This document shows positions 47,956 to 58,362 of a DNA stretch of 64,000 nt, in pieces. The stretch lies in NCBI GenBank assembly GCA_011939005.1, contig GCA_011939005.1_4858.1; one strand, 5' to 3'. The stretch is from a phage. The position numbers and the translations under genes are program-made. The first letter of the stretch is position 1. Each line of letters starts with the position of its first letter. The notes under the pieces are model-generated. The model saw only the letters and a list, made by a program, of their open reading frames with translations. It was not told where the DNA came from and ran no database searches.

Positions 47956-48030
47956 TAATTCCATGGAATGCAAGTATGCCGTCGCTTACTTACAAGGCAC
48001 ATAGTCCAGACATTTCTCAGGAACTGTCAC

Positions 48031-48050
48031 ATAGATAATATCAATCTGAG
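48031..48050. promoter_or_regulatory. conserved promoter-like motif ATAGATAATATCAATCTGAG
   Basis: 29-48 nt upstream of plus-strand start at 48079; second copy in the same divergent intergenic region. Confidence 0.45.
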
Positions 48051-48078
48051 ATATTTTTGACTGTGACTGACTTCCTAT

Positions 48079-49167
48079 GTGGAATCTAAGGAGTCTGCCA
48101 TGTTCAGCCAAGCCGAGTTAAACCAAGTGGCCATAAAGGGTCACAGCACGGACCCCTCCGCTATAACATTAGCGGCTCACGTAAAAAACAACAGCCAGCG
48201 TATACGCAACTACTTCGAACAGCTTAATCGCAGTGCTGGTAATGGCCATTTGTTGCAACAGGTGTTGTCTGCCATCGGCTATGCCGGTGAACCAGAGTAC
48301 GAAGACATCGAATGGGCTTGCCGTCGCAAGCTTGTTCAGATCGGTAACGCCTTACGCTTGACATCTGTTGGTGAGTACGGTCAAATCTTTAATAGCAAGT
48401 TTATCCAGGGCCAAGATGAGGTAATCTCTCTCGTAGCCCGCCCAGTAAATCCAGACCTTTCGTTCCGCGACTACACCCCCGCCCGTTACCTCTACCATGA
48501 GTATACCAACCTCAATTGGAAGTTCGGTGACGGACGGCCCCGAGGTGTTACGGTGATCGAAATCAACCTGGTTGCTTTGCTTTGGCAATATGTCAAAGGC
48601 CAGCAGCACTACAGTCGCGGTACCGAACCTATTGCCACACCTGTGTATCTCCAACGACATGTGATCTCTCGCATGTTGCCGAGCTACATGGATATCGCCT
48701 TTGTAAATATACATCGCGCGATAGCCTTCGGGAAAGAGATTGAACCGGATGAAACATTACGTGTCATTCCTGTTCCGCCGCTTCAAGCTTTAGCTGTGAA
48801 GCACGCAAAAGGCATCCGTAGTAAACTACTGGCTGCCAACCCGTTACCGGGACAAGTCTTAAACAACATCCCGTTGTTCTTCCAACACCCTGATGAAGAA
48901 GGCCACACAGCACTGGAACTGATTGTCTTTCGAGAACCAGGTCAAACACTGCAGAACACCTGGCACCAGAACATGGTGAACTGGTACTGGGCACTGTTTT
49001 GTCTTCAATACAACCAGGGGAATATGGAGAAACACAAACGTACGATGTTGGTTGATTTGGCGCGTTATGTGGACTCTAAAGTCCTCACACGTTTGACCAA
49101 ATCCTTCTATAACTTTATCCAACGCGATTTGATTATCCCGTTGACGACAGAGCTAGAAGAAAAATAA
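48079..49167 (+). CDS. hypothetical protein (362 aa)
   Basis: Plus-strand ORF with AAGGAG Shine-Dalgarno, terminator downstream. Confidence 0.55.
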   Translation: MESKESAMFSQAELNQVAIKGHSTDPSAITLAAHVKNNSQRIRNYFEQLNRSAGNGHLLQQVLSAIGYAGEPEYEDIEWACRRKLVQIGNALRLTSVGEYGQIFNSKFIQGQDEVISLVARPVNPDLSFRDYTPARYLYHEYTNLNWKFGDGRPRGVTVIEINLVALLWQYVKGQQHYSRGTEPIATPVYLQRHVISRMLPSYMDIAFVNIHRAIAFGKEIEPDETLRVIPVPPLQALAVKHAKGIRSKLLAANPLPGQVLNNIPLFFQHPDEEGHTALELIVFREPGQTLQNTWHQNMVNWYWALFCLQYNQGNMEKHKRTMLVDLARYVDSKVLTRLTKSFYNFIQRDLIIPLTTELEEK

Positions 49168-49214
49168 GACTTACTCTCTCCTCGCGAACACTCTTTCGAG
49201 TATTCATACTATAT

Positions 49215-49251
49215 ACAAAAACTACACACTTCGGTGTGTAGTTCTTTTTTT
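49215..49251. terminator. bidirectional intrinsic terminator, UUCG loop on plus strand
   Basis: CTACACAC-ttcg-GTGTGTAG then T9. Confidence 0.7.
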
Positions 49252-49921
49252 ATTTGCTGTCTGGGTGGTTCTTGAGGAAGTTTAAAGCATGTTCAACCGC
49301 AGCGGGATCTAGGGTTTGTACCGCAGTAAACGCCACCTCAATTTCAACACTCGACGACTTCTTTTTCTTCCCGCATTGATAGTAGGCAATACCCAACTGT
49401 TTACACACAGAAGCGACATTCGCATCCGTAAAACGAACGACATGCGTATTGCTACCCGGATCGATAACCACGAAATCGACATCAATCACCGCATTAGGTG
49501 ACCAGACTTCCGGCCCACGTACGCCATCGCGGAGAACAGCAGAATCACCAACCCAAGGTAGTTTTCGCAGGTATTCGACTAACGCCACTTCGCGAGACTT
49601 GTGCGACATAGCCCATTCGATATTAGCTGACTGAACTTCTTCAACACACTTATAGTGCCAGTTCATTTCAGTAAGCAGCTGTTTTGCCAGAGGTGTGGTC
49701 GGGTGAACAGCGACTAATAACTGAGTGCCTTTACCATGCGGTTGTGTAACTGATTGTGCCAGTGGTGTACGGAAGTTACGAATCGCTTCACTATAACCAC
49801 TCTGAGCAAAGGCTTTCTCTACGCGTTTGCTTACTTGATTAATGAGATCGTCTCGGTTGACGGTGAGATAAGTCAATTCGGGTATTGACATTGGTAACTT
49901 CAAATCTTGTTCATCACTCAT
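49250..49921 (-). CDS. hypothetical protein (223 aa)
   Basis: ORF. Confidence 0.5.
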   Translation of the reverse strand: MSDEQDLKLPMSIPELTYLTVNRDDLINQVSKRVEKAFAQSGYSEAIRNFRTPLAQSVTQPHGKGTQLLVAVHPTTPLAKQLLTEMNWHYKCVEEVQSANIEWAMSHKSREVALVEYLRKLPWVGDSAVLRDGVRGPEVWSPNAVIDVDFVVIDPGSNTHVVRFTDANVASVCKQLGIAYYQCGKKKKSSSVEIEVAFTAVQTLDPAAVEHALNFLKNHPDSK

Positions 49922-50115
49922 TTTATCGTCTCCATGAAATCACTTGCGTACGGTTTACCCCACACAGTGATACTACGTTTCCGTTTGGCATCCAATGCCG
50001 TGATATGCACCGTTTCGCCTGCCTGATGTAACTCAATATCCACGCAACCCCGTTCTTCGAGGTCGCGACGGATTGCGGTTATCATCTCTGTGGACTTCCC
50101 GCTATTTCGATACAT
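49918..50115 (-). CDS. small hypothetical protein (65 aa)
   Basis: Short ORF ATGA-coupled to downstream gene. Confidence 0.3.
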   Translation of the reverse strand: MYRNSGKSTEMITAIRRDLEERGCVDIELHQAGETVHITALDAKRKRSITVWGKPYASDFMETIK

Positions 50116-50383
50116 ACCCTTCCACCCGCACGTTTAAACCGCCTATTGCTGCAAACCAACCGTCGAGAGGATTGTCAAATTGCTTGTCAATAGACACAAC
50201 CGGTTTCATGGTTTTCCAACGATCGTCGCGTGGCGACACTGAACCTTCACACGATGCCAGTGTTTGAAACTGCGTTGGCAAAGACAACACATGCTGCCGT
50301 ACCAGGTTAGGCTGGCTGTGCAAATAGAGCTGTCGCCAGCCCCAGTTATTTGCTTTACTGTTTCGTTTCGACACAATGTTCAT
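50102..50383 (-). CDS. small hypothetical protein (93 aa)
   Basis: Short ORF in gene chain. Confidence 0.3.
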   Translation of the reverse strand: MNIVSKRNSKANNWGWRQLYLHSQPNLVRQHVLSLPTQFQTLASCEGSVSPRDDRWKTMKPVVSIDKQFDNPLDGWFAAIGGLNVRVEGYVSK

Positions 50384-50487
50384 CCTTTAGATAAGATAAC
50401 CAAAGATTGAGTAACGCCGTCGGTACCGGTGCTGGGTCCACCCACGTAAAGGTTATTGTTTGTGGTACACACGATCGTGACTTATTC

Positions 50488-52767
50488 TTACTCCTCCGCT
50501 TCTTCCCCATCTTCTTCCTCTCCATCACGTTCAGATTTCTTAACGTACTCACCGCTACCTAATTCTTCCTTGACGGAATCTACAGACTCACCGTAGTAAT
50601 CCGAAAGCAGACGAGTTCTGTTCTTGTCCATCATGAACACACCCAGACATTCCAAGATGTGATAGTAAGGTTCTACTGTGGAGAATGCGCTTCGACGTGT
50701 GTCTGCAGCATCAATCAGCTCCGGCGGAATACCGAAGTTTTCCACCAGGAACTCTGGCAGTATCAGAGTGCGATAGGTACGATAGTTGTTTTCTTCGAAC
50801 CACCGTGTTGCAGTGGTCTTAATCATCGGGTCTTTAATGTTTTCCAGCCACTCTTTAACGGCTGTTTTGTTCTCCAGGTTTACCGGAAGTTTCACGGCGT
50901 CATAAGGCGGTTCGTCCAGGTAGCCGTACTTCGGTCCAAAGATAGCGTTGTACATGCGGTGGTAGTGGTAGCTCTTTTCATCATCTTCAGAGTACGCACT
51001 ACGGTCTTTGACGTTGGTTGTTTTCAGGTAGCCTGCTTTACCAGCGCGAATAGAATCCACCACAACGTGCTCAATTGCAGCAACCTTTTCCAGCAGAGGC
51101 AGAATCTTAATCTTATCGCCGCGCGCTACAATCTCACAGAGTTCTTTAATCGTGCGTTTGAACTCTTTCATGACCACCGGAGGAATGTTCGACGTACGTA
51201 AAGACACGCCCTTAACTTCTAACTCAGGGTCAGACTTCAACTGCCCTTCCTGGCCAGTGATGATGGAGAAATAGTGTTTTGCTTTCGTGGTTAACGCAAA
51301 GGAGTCGAACTTAAATTCGTTCTTCATTGCGTACAAGAACAGACGCTCTTTCGCCACACCGATGTTCGCCGACATACTCGCCATCAGATGACGTAAGTGT
51401 TGGGTTGCGATATAAATCATCGCATCCGATACGCGCGTAGCTTCACGACCGTAATGTTGACCGGTATACCACTGTGCCCACCACTGTGCAGTCATCATCG
51501 TGGAGTCGGTATCAGATACCACACCAACACGACGAACTACGTCGGGCATCCTGGCAATGTTGATTGGCAGGTTTTTGGTGGTCAGGATGTTACGAATCAA
51601 ACATGCGTACTTACCGATGGTTTTCTGCAGATATACAGCTGAGCGAATCAGCTCTTTGTATTTTTCCTGCTTATCCCACGGTTCCGCTTTGTTCGTGTTT
51701 TCGTCTTTAAGTTTAACGTCAGAGAACGACTTACCTAACGGCACGATATCAGTACGGAACTGCGAGATAATAATCTGCATATCGCCGTCGATGGAGCGCT
51801 CGGCGGCGTCCCAATCTGTGATCTCGTCTTCCATCTCCTCAGCAATCAGCGCACCGATAAACCCACGCATGAATTCATCGTTGTATTTTGCCAAGTGATA
51901 GAAATCGCCCATGTAGACAAACGCAGCACGCACTAATGGGCTACAGTTACCTACGTAGTGGCGGATAAACTCCAGTCCTTCATCATTGCGGAAATAGAAG
52001 TCTGCAGAGTACGTAACCACTTCCATAACCTCGTCCACAGTTGGGTAGTGGAGGTTATAGAGTTCCATACACTTCTTGAACTCCGCAAAGTTAGTCAGTG
52101 TACCAATAGACAGTAAGTGATCGATAACACGGGACGGTGTATCGTAGTGACGATTACCACCCAGTAGACGTTCGTTGCCAGCGTTACCGAACGATGTAGC
52201 CGTACGGCAGGTTGACGTCAATACAGAGTGCGAAGACTGGTTAAAGATTACCGTGTACGGTGATGAGAAAGCACCAGACATCCCGTTGTTCAGCGTTTTA
52301 ACAGCATTCTGTTCGTTCTTTTTGTTAATACGTAAAACTTCGTTGCCTGCAGCACCGGCTGCATACATCTCTTTCTTAACAACCGCACGCTTACGCACGT
52401 TCTCTGCGGTAAATTCAGCAAGCTTAGAGCGCTTGACGTGTTCCGGCAAATAGAAAGTCAACGACGGTGCAGAAATGATCTGCTTATCAATCACTGTACG
52501 GAACAGTTTATCTACCGTGGTGTATTTTTCTTCGCGATCGCCGGTCTTTTGATTGCGCACCCACATCTTACACACGGGGAATTCGTGTACTAACTCACCA
52601 CCAGGTTGGAACATTTCTTCGACCTGCTGTCGACAGAACTCCAAAGAATATTTCCCGTTGGTGACGGTATGAATGTAGAGCGCCAGTTGTTCGTAGTACG
52701 CATCGATAACGTCAATGTCGCGATGATACTCGTCTTGACTAAGACGAAATGGTGAATTGTAGTCCAC
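50488..52767 (-). CDS. polymerase-like protein (possible family-B-type nucleotidyltransferase), acidic C-terminus
   Basis: VGVVSDTDSTMM resembles pol motif C (YGDTDS); KTLNNGMSG loosely resembles motif B; C-terminus GEEEDGEEAEE. Confidence 0.35.
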   Translation of the reverse strand: MDYNSPFRLSQDEYHRDIDVIDAYYEQLALYIHTVTNGKYSLEFCRQQVEEMFQPGGELVHEFPVCKMWVRNQKTGDREEKYTTVDKLFRTVIDKQIISAPSLTFYLPEHVKRSKLAEFTAENVRKRAVVKKEMYAAGAAGNEVLRINKKNEQNAVKTLNNGMSGAFSSPYTVIFNQSSHSVLTSTCRTATSFGNAGNERLLGGNRHYDTPSRVIDHLLSIGTLTNFAEFKKCMELYNLHYPTVDEVMEVVTYSADFYFRNDEGLEFIRHYVGNCSPLVRAAFVYMGDFYHLAKYNDEFMRGFIGALIAEEMEDEITDWDAAERSIDGDMQIIISQFRTDIVPLGKSFSDVKLKDENTNKAEPWDKQEKYKELIRSAVYLQKTIGKYACLIRNILTTKNLPINIARMPDVVRRVGVVSDTDSTMMTAQWWAQWYTGQHYGREATRVSDAMIYIATQHLRHLMASMSANIGVAKERLFLYAMKNEFKFDSFALTTKAKHYFSIITGQEGQLKSDPELEVKGVSLRTSNIPPVVMKEFKRTIKELCEIVARGDKIKILPLLEKVAAIEHVVVDSIRAGKAGYLKTTNVKDRSAYSEDDEKSYHYHRMYNAIFGPKYGYLDEPPYDAVKLPVNLENKTAVKEWLENIKDPMIKTTATRWFEENNYRTYRTLILPEFLVENFGIPPELIDAADTRRSAFSTVEPYYHILECLGVFMMDKNRTRLLSDYYGESVDSVKEELGSGEYVKKSERDGEEEDGEEAEE

Positions 52768-52814
52768 GTCTGGCCCCTTGGTTTTTTACTCAGCTATAAG
52801 ACTTGCGGGATACG

Positions 52815-52853
52815 TGAAAAAAGAAAAAAAATAACCCACTCCGAAGAGTGGGC
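52815..52853 (-). terminator. intrinsic terminator, UUCG loop on minus strand
   Basis: A-rich run then CCCACTC-cgaa-GAGTGGG on plus strand. Confidence 0.65.
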
Positions 52854-52858
52854 TTACT

Positions 52859-53269
52859 TTAACCGGCAATACTCTCAACGATTTCAAAATCGACGTCATT
52901 GAAACCATTGGCAGCCAGGGCACGTTTAAGGTCGTCAATCTCCTGTTTGTTATCCAGGGTGACGGTGAAGCGCACCTTCGTGTTTTCGATAATCTGAACA
53001 TCACGAATCCAGGCATCGGCAGCGACTTTTGGTTTGCCGTCAACACCTTTGAAAATCAGATACGTGTATTTGTTCACGTTATCTTCTGGCTGAGAAACAA
53101 TGGAAGAGTAGATATTCTTCTGCTCCGCCATCACATCCATATAACTTTTGGCCATTTCATAGCCAACGCCGGTTGCCAGAATAATTACACGCGTCTCTTG
53201 CCCTTTCAAAGGGGTGTCGTAAACAATGTTAACTTTTTGCCCAGCGACCAGTGTGCGTAAATCGAACAT
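52859..53269 (-). CDS. hypothetical protein (136 aa)
   Basis: ORF, first of a small-gene cassette. Confidence 0.5.
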   Translation of the reverse strand: MFDLRTLVAGQKVNIVYDTPLKGQETRVIILATGVGYEMAKSYMDVMAEQKNIYSSIVSQPEDNVNKYTYLIFKGVDGKPKVAADAWIRDVQIIENTKVRFTVTLDNKQEIDDLKRALAANGFNDVDFEIVESIAG

Positions 53270-53868
53270 TATTCCTCCTCAGGAACATCAATAAGCAGCC
53301 TCATATCCAAAGCATTGGTCACTGGTGTTTTCGGGAAGTCCACCTTGAGAACCAACGTACGGATAGCGCCATTATGCGCCTCTAAGAACATCTTCACCGG
53401 CTCAACATAATGCGCCATAACTGCCTCCGTTACGGCGGTCGCCATTAGATCCAGCGTGTAGTGCTTGAGCGTAGCCCAGTGTGAACTGTCTTGCTCTTTG
53501 TACACCAACGCTAAATCTAACAATGGTGTCAGCCCGTTAAAATGTGACTCAGTGCTGGCTTCCATTGCAACATTAAACTTCCACCGACGGTACTCGTCAG
53601 TCAGTAACGTAAAGAAGTCGTGCAAGAACGTAAGGTCGGTGCGAGGCAACATGCAACGAAACTCGTACGTATAGCTAGTCAGCGTTTCACGTATAAGTTC
53701 GTGCATCTCGTCCTGGTCCAATTCTTTTACGGGTATCTCCACGGTGATACGCGGTAGGCGGACTACGGTGTCAACCACCAAATCCAAAAACCGCATACCG
53801 TCCGGAAGATACCCCACGACCCCCAAGTCCACATTAATCAAGTGGTTGGCGATCACCTTGTAGATCAT
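53269..53868 (-). CDS. hypothetical protein (199 aa)
   Basis: ORF. Confidence 0.5.
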   Translation of the reverse strand: MIYKVIANHLINVDLGVVGYLPDGMRFLDLVVDTVVRLPRITVEIPVKELDQDEMHELIRETLTSYTYEFRCMLPRTDLTFLHDFFTLLTDEYRRWKFNVAMEASTESHFNGLTPLLDLALVYKEQDSSHWATLKHYTLDLMATAVTEAVMAHYVEPVKMFLEAHNGAIRTLVLKVDFPKTPVTNALDMRLLIDVPEEE

Positions 53869-53877
53869 TCGTACTCC

Positions 53878-54309
53878 TTAACATTCAACACAGATGAGTG
53901 CGTTGCCAATTTCATTCATAAGGAGTGAAACCTTTGTCTTTTTTGCTCCGTCTTCTGGAGTCAAGCCAGCCATGCCCCACACACGTTCTATCACGGAAAG
54001 GATTTCATAGAACCGAACATCATCCTTAATCCCACTGCTCATGCTGTAGCAGTTTAGAGGCAGCACCTTTTCAGTACCCCACATCCCGCGCAACTGTTCC
54101 AGTATCAACGCAGGGTCTGGGGGAATAAAAGTAAGAAAGTTCTTACCCTTACCTAGCCCATTAACAATAGAACGAACCGTTAATTCGGCGTAACTGGCCA
54201 GAAACAAATAAGCGACAGCGGGCTCGATCTCGCTAGTATCAGCAATCTCGGCCCGTGCCAACAACGACTCATATTTGAAGACTTCGCCTATGGTCATGTA
54301 CAGTTTCAT
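53878..54309 (-). CDS. hypothetical protein (143 aa)
   Basis: ORF. Confidence 0.5.
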   Translation of the reverse strand: MKLYMTIGEVFKYESLLARAEIADTSEIEPAVAYLFLASYAELTVRSIVNGLGKGKNFLTFIPPDPALILEQLRGMWGTEKVLPLNCYSMSSGIKDDVRFYEILSVIERVWGMAGLTPEDGAKKTKVSLLMNEIGNALICVEC

Positions 54310-54794
54310 TCGCAGATTAACACCACATCGTTAAAACTATCACCTACATACGTTTGATATCGACCCGGATACAGCGACTCTATCAATCCAGCGAAACCAG
54401 TTAAGTTTGTTAACTCTTCGACCAACAAACTTACCGCAGCGCCGAAGGCAGCTTGATGTTGTTCGGGCGAACCTTGTGCTGCCAGAAACGTCGTATCGAC
54501 AGACGTTTCTTTAGCGAACTGGTCAACGGACAGACCATCGGTCACCAACTCCCAATTGCCCAGAGGTTCAAGCGTGTCTTCCTGTAACAAATCAACCATT
54601 GTCGATGGGTCACGAGTTTTCACACCGATGATATACGCAAACGCAAAACGTTGATAAAAATCACGTATCTGCGTTTCATCAATCTCCAGGTTACTGGCTT
54701 CCAATACACGCAATGCTGCTTCGCGAACGTGCTCGTAAAACCGAGTCGCGCTATATTGGTTCGCAATATCCGCCACATCAAACAGAACGCTCAT
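54306..54794 (-). CDS. hypothetical protein (162 aa)
   Basis: ORF, ATGA-coupled. Confidence 0.5.
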   Translation of the reverse strand: MSVLFDVADIANQYSATRFYEHVREAALRVLEASNLEIDETQIRDFYQRFAFAYIIGVKTRDPSTMVDLLQEDTLEPLGNWELVTDGLSVDQFAKETSVDTTFLAAQGSPEQHQAAFGAAVSLLVEELTNLTGFAGLIESLYPGRYQTYVGDSFNDVVLICE

Positions 54795-55300
54795 ACACGG
54801 CCTCCGAGATTACCGATAAGCAAATCGATAACAGGCAGAAGCTGTGGGGTAATGCGCTCGTACGCTTCCTGGCTGGCAAACTGTGGGAATTTATCACCGC
54901 CATTATAGTCCAGTAAGAATTCGACATCCGCCGGATTGCGCGTTGTGTATTGTGCCCCTACCCAGCGACCGTAGTGAGTGAACCAATACGGAGACTGTGA
55001 CACAGCAGTCATATACGCACGACCGATGTTTTGAATTGCGGTGCCGTAAGTGATTACTTGCTCATTTTCCAACACAACGCCGTGCGCATTCAGTGTACGA
55101 GAAACAAACCCAAAGGTATTGTTCATCATAAACTTTAACTCACTACCAATGGTTCCACGTTCCACGAAGCTCATGGCGGTATTGATTATCGAGTTCAAAT
55201 CGTCATTCACTTCGCGGAGCACATCGTTTGGCGAAAACTCCGTTAACGGCCCAGCCAATAACTGATAGCCGGGGATATAAAAATGAGATCGCTCAATCAT
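54791..55300 (-). CDS. hypothetical protein (169 aa)
   Basis: ORF, ATGA-coupled. Confidence 0.5.
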   Translation of the reverse strand: MIERSHFYIPGYQLLAGPLTEFSPNDVLREVNDDLNSIINTAMSFVERGTIGSELKFMMNNTFGFVSRTLNAHGVVLENEQVITYGTAIQNIGRAYMTAVSQSPYWFTHYGRWVGAQYTTRNPADVEFLLDYNGGDKFPQFASQEAYERITPQLLPVIDLLIGNLGGRV

Positions 55301-55700
55301 TGTAAGTAACCCCTGTAGTTAACATTTTCCAGACACCATCTCCTACATGCCAAAGGAGGAAGTCGGATTGTGGTAAATAAGTCATGTCCTCGTCGATTGC
55401 TTGCCAGATGCAATCGGTGTCCCGTATCAACAACTCAAATCGACAAAGAGCCCAGTATTTTGCCGACGTGGTTGGTGTAATGATTGGGTTATCGTGAACA
55501 TACTCCATAAAGAACTGGCGTATCATGCTATCGATAACGCCATATTTTTTCCGCAGAACGTGCAACCGAACAATTTGCTCGATATAGTCGTCAAGCTCTA
55601 TCGCAGCATCCTGGTAATCGATGCCGAGATTCTCTTTGACGAGTGCGGTGAGTCGGCAAGTCAAACGCACGAACTCAGTATAAACCGTCATCATAGACAT
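55293..55700 (-). CDS. hypothetical protein (135 aa)
   Basis: ORF. Confidence 0.5.
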   Translation of the reverse strand: MSMMTVYTEFVRLTCRLTALVKENLGIDYQDAAIELDDYIEQIVRLHVLRKKYGVIDSMIRQFFMEYVHDNPIITPTTSAKYWALCRFELLIRDTDCIWQAIDEDMTYLPQSDFLLWHVGDGVWKMLTTGVTYND

Positions 55701-56142
55701 CTGTTACCTTACGTGGAATGAAACGGAGAATTCTGTCTGCTTGATTATAATGATACCGATACCCTTTTGGAGGAATGCCCATTTCCTCACAGATAGCACG
55801 ATGAACGTGTGACGCGATGGTGTGGATTTCCCGCGAATGACTTCTGGGACGATAGCACCTAACAATCAGTGAGACTGTTTCTACGTCCCACGTACCGTGT
55901 TCTGTAAATGTCGGAATCATGTATTCGAGCATACAGAGAATGATATGCTTCAACCCCGTATTAACATCATACATGCTGAACATGATGTCGCTGGGGTCAT
56001 TCAATATCCTGACGTATGCCGTCGAGGCGATGTGATCGATCAGTACCAGACGGACGATATCGTTTGTTTGGGAAGCATTGGCGGTAGTGGATGAATCTGA
56101 TGTCTTCTCCAATTTGCAACTCCAGAGATTGCACCTGCCCAC
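55675..56142 (-). CDS. hypothetical protein (155 aa)
   Basis: ORF; N-terminal 146 nt overlap the upstream ORF, so start is uncertain. Confidence 0.4.
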   Translation of the reverse strand: MGRCNLWSCKLEKTSDSSTTANASQTNDIVRLVLIDHIASTAYVRILNDPSDIMFSMYDVNTGLKHIILCMLEYMIPTFTEHGTWDVETVSLIVRCYRPRSHSREIHTIASHVHRAICEEMGIPPKGYRYHYNQADRILRFIPRKVTDVYDDGLY

Positions 56143-56560
56143 GATGGGTTATGTGTGGTTCCAGTTTAATCGTCGCATAACGATTAAACGGCTGGTTGGT
56201 GGCCTTCACAGCATTCTCCACAAGTGCATGGATACTGTCCAGGAAACTGTTGTAACAGTCTTCGAATGCCAATCCGATAAGATATTCGGTAGAACGTAAA
56301 ATCGCTACGGTCTCTTTCGTCTTATTAACCGGGGCACCCAAACCGCCACTGGAAACATATGTACGTTCCACAGGAACTGTTTTCGGTGGGAGTATGATCT
56401 GGTCAGCCACCAACATCATCGTAAGATTAAAAGCGTCAGTATAAGGTTCCAGCAAAGGTTCCATACGTGCATTAGGCATTTCCGGAACGGAGTAAAAGAT
56501 ATCTTCGAGCGCAGTGTGTAACAGTTGTACAGTTAACATCTCGCGTTCTTTTTGGCTCAT
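55997..56560 (-). CDS. hypothetical protein
   Basis: ORF track start 56758 overlaps 56557..56877 by 200 nt; ATG at 56560 overlaps that gene's stop in an ATGA arrangement. Confidence 0.4.
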   Translation of the reverse strand: MSQKEREMLTVQLLHTALEDIFYSVPEMPNARMEPLLEPYTDAFNLTMMLVADQIILPPKTVPVERTYVSSGGLGAPVNKTKETVAILRSTEYLIGLAFEDCYNSFLDSIHALVENAVKATNQPFNRYATIKLEPHITHRGQVQSLELQIGEDIRFIHYRQCFPNKRYRPSGTDRSHRLDGIRQDIE

Positions 56561-56877
56561 CCGCAGAGCGGTAGCGTACTGGGAAGCATCGACAGGCCCC
56601 CAGAAGCTAGAATGAACCGCAGCTGGTTCGAGGTATATTCTGACCACGTTTGCACAACTCCATTTTTGTAATGAAAGGGATAGCGATGGTTTCGGCCCAA
56701 CGCCGAAATAACAAACCACGCTTCCGTGCCAAAATAACTTTCGGCAATGCGTGTCCACTCACGTGGAAACTCATGCGTGCCGGGATAAATAACTTCTTGT
56801 ATCGCGCACAGTAACATGTCCGCAGGCACAATCAGCTCATTTGTCCCTGGAGAGAAATTAAAGAACATGCGCGTCAT
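56557..56877 (-). CDS. hypothetical protein (106 aa)
   Basis: ORF; promoter-like motif 26-45 nt upstream. Confidence 0.45.
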   Translation of the reverse strand: MTRMFFNFSPGTNELIVPADMLLCAIQEVIYPGTHEFPREWTRIAESYFGTEAWFVISALGRNHRYPFHYKNGVVQTWSEYTSNQLRFILASGGLSMLPSTLPLCG

Positions 56878-56902
56878 CGAGAAATGCTCCTTAAGGATAA
56901 TT

Positions 56903-56922
56903 CACGAAGATAATATCTATGC
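56903..56922. promoter_or_regulatory. conserved promoter-like motif CACGAAGATAATATCTATGC
   Basis: Between divergent genes 56557..56877(-) and 57011..57853(+). Confidence 0.5.
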
Positions 56923-57010
56923 AAAATTTCTTCGAGTATGGTGCGCACATAAAGGTCGTAAAACGTATTTTAATGTCAGGTAATGCTATCCCATTACCCG
57001 ATGGTATGAG

Positions 57011-57853
57011 TTGTCCTACGAGCTTCATAGGAGCCTTAGAATGAATGTTATCGACTACTGCCTGCGTAAAATCAGACAGCATATCCCTGCCCCGATTCTA
57101 CAGGCGGCTTTTGTTCCAGAAAACCTCAAGTTACTGGGAATTGCAAGCTCTGTAGATAACGAAATTCAACAACGCGTTATTCGTGAAATTCTGGTCCCTG
57201 AAATCTCCAGAATGGGGCAGTATCAAGAAGTAGATTTGCAAGGTGTTCCTTGGGATAACGACACGCAAGATTATTTCAGTCGCGTGTATTATCTCGACGA
57301 CATCAAAACAGGTGGTCGCCCAATTCTGGACGCCCATATCTCTGTAACACCTGTTGCCGGACAGGCGTACACCATGCCACCCGCGGGTTCGTATCTGGAC
57401 GGTGCAACCTCTGGCGTACTGGCGTCCACTCAACAAGTGGTTGATAGTCAATCCGCGATGCCGCGTATCGCCTCACCAGAAGTTGAAGTGCTCGGTCCGA
57501 ATACCATTCGTATCAAAGACCCAGGCATGTTCGTTTACTCTACCAAACTCGTGGTGAAGTACGAACTGTCCCAGGAGATGAACGAAATCAAACCAGCATT
57601 CTATCCGGTTGTAGGTGAGCTGGCAGTCATGGCTGTTAAGCAATATATCTACAACACCATGATCTTCGACATGGATTCCGGTAAACTGGAAAATGGTATG
57701 GAGTTCGGTGCCTTCAGAAACGTTATTGAAGGTTACTCGGACGCCGGTCAAATGTTCGAAGACACCTTGCCGAAAATGCAACGTTGCCTGGTCCACAACG
57801 ACAACATCGGAAACCGTTGGAACTACATGAACGGTGGTCGCTTCAAGTCGTAA
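57011..57853 (+). CDS. hypothetical protein (280 aa)
   Basis: Plus-strand ORF with GGAG Shine-Dalgarno, terminator downstream. Confidence 0.55.
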   Translation: MSYELHRSLRMNVIDYCLRKIRQHIPAPILQAAFVPENLKLLGIASSVDNEIQQRVIREILVPEISRMGQYQEVDLQGVPWDNDTQDYFSRVYYLDDIKTGGRPILDAHISVTPVAGQAYTMPPAGSYLDGATSGVLASTQQVVDSQSAMPRIASPEVEVLGPNTIRIKDPGMFVYSTKLVVKYELSQEMNEIKPAFYPVVGELAVMAVKQYIYNTMIFDMDSGKLENGMEFGAFRNVIEGYSDAGQMFEDTLPKMQRCLVHNDNIGNRWNYMNGGRFKS

Positions 57854-57854
57854 C

Positions 57855-57908
57855 AAAAAAAGAAAGATTCCGTACCTCTACGCAAGTAGAGGTACTTCTT
57901 CTTTTTTA
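57855..57908. terminator. bidirectional intrinsic terminator, GCAA loop
   Basis: A7 then GTACCTCTAC-gcaa-GTAGAGGTAC then T-run. Confidence 0.75.
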
Positions 57909-58295
57909 ACCGGCAACACCCAGCACATCCTTAAGATGATGGGTAATACCTGACGTCCACGCTTCACCTTCACGCACGATTTCCGGTTGAGCGTTAACCA
58001 GTCGGCGGAGAGAAATTGTGTGTTCCGCTAAACCAGCTACGGGAAACACAGGTGGAACGGTGGCTTGTTTGACATAATCGACGACATCGTTGAAGCCTTC
58101 GTTAGAAGACCAATCGATTTCTACGCCGTCGCAGACATCTAATTGACGCGTGTTGTTCTCTTCATCGGGGTGGAAAGTAAAACCCCATTGAATAGTATCC
58201 AGGAGACCACGGTCAAGTTCGTTGACCACTTTAATTTTCTTGAGGGTATCCGGATGCGCCATAATCACGTCCAGCGGACGCAGTTTGTTTTTCAT
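57906..58295 (-). CDS. hypothetical protein (129 aa)
   Basis: ORF. Confidence 0.5.
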   Translation of the reverse strand: MKNKLRPLDVIMAHPDTLKKIKVVNELDRGLLDTIQWGFTFHPDEENNTRQLDVCDGVEIDWSSNEGFNDVVDYVKQATVPPVFPVAGLAEHTISLRRLVNAQPEIVREGEAWTSGITHHLKDVLGVAG

Positions 58296-58362
58296 CGAGC
58301 ATCTCCTTTGGAATCTATTACAGCACAGACTCCCTACAAGATAGGTGCCTGCCGTAAAAAAG

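Noticed and set aside
46274-48004. 576-aa plus-strand ORF antisense to the 617-aa gene
   Set aside because: Cys/His/Arg-rich composition typical of antisense reading of a real gene, no ribosome-binding site, and the minus-strand partner has strong expression signals.
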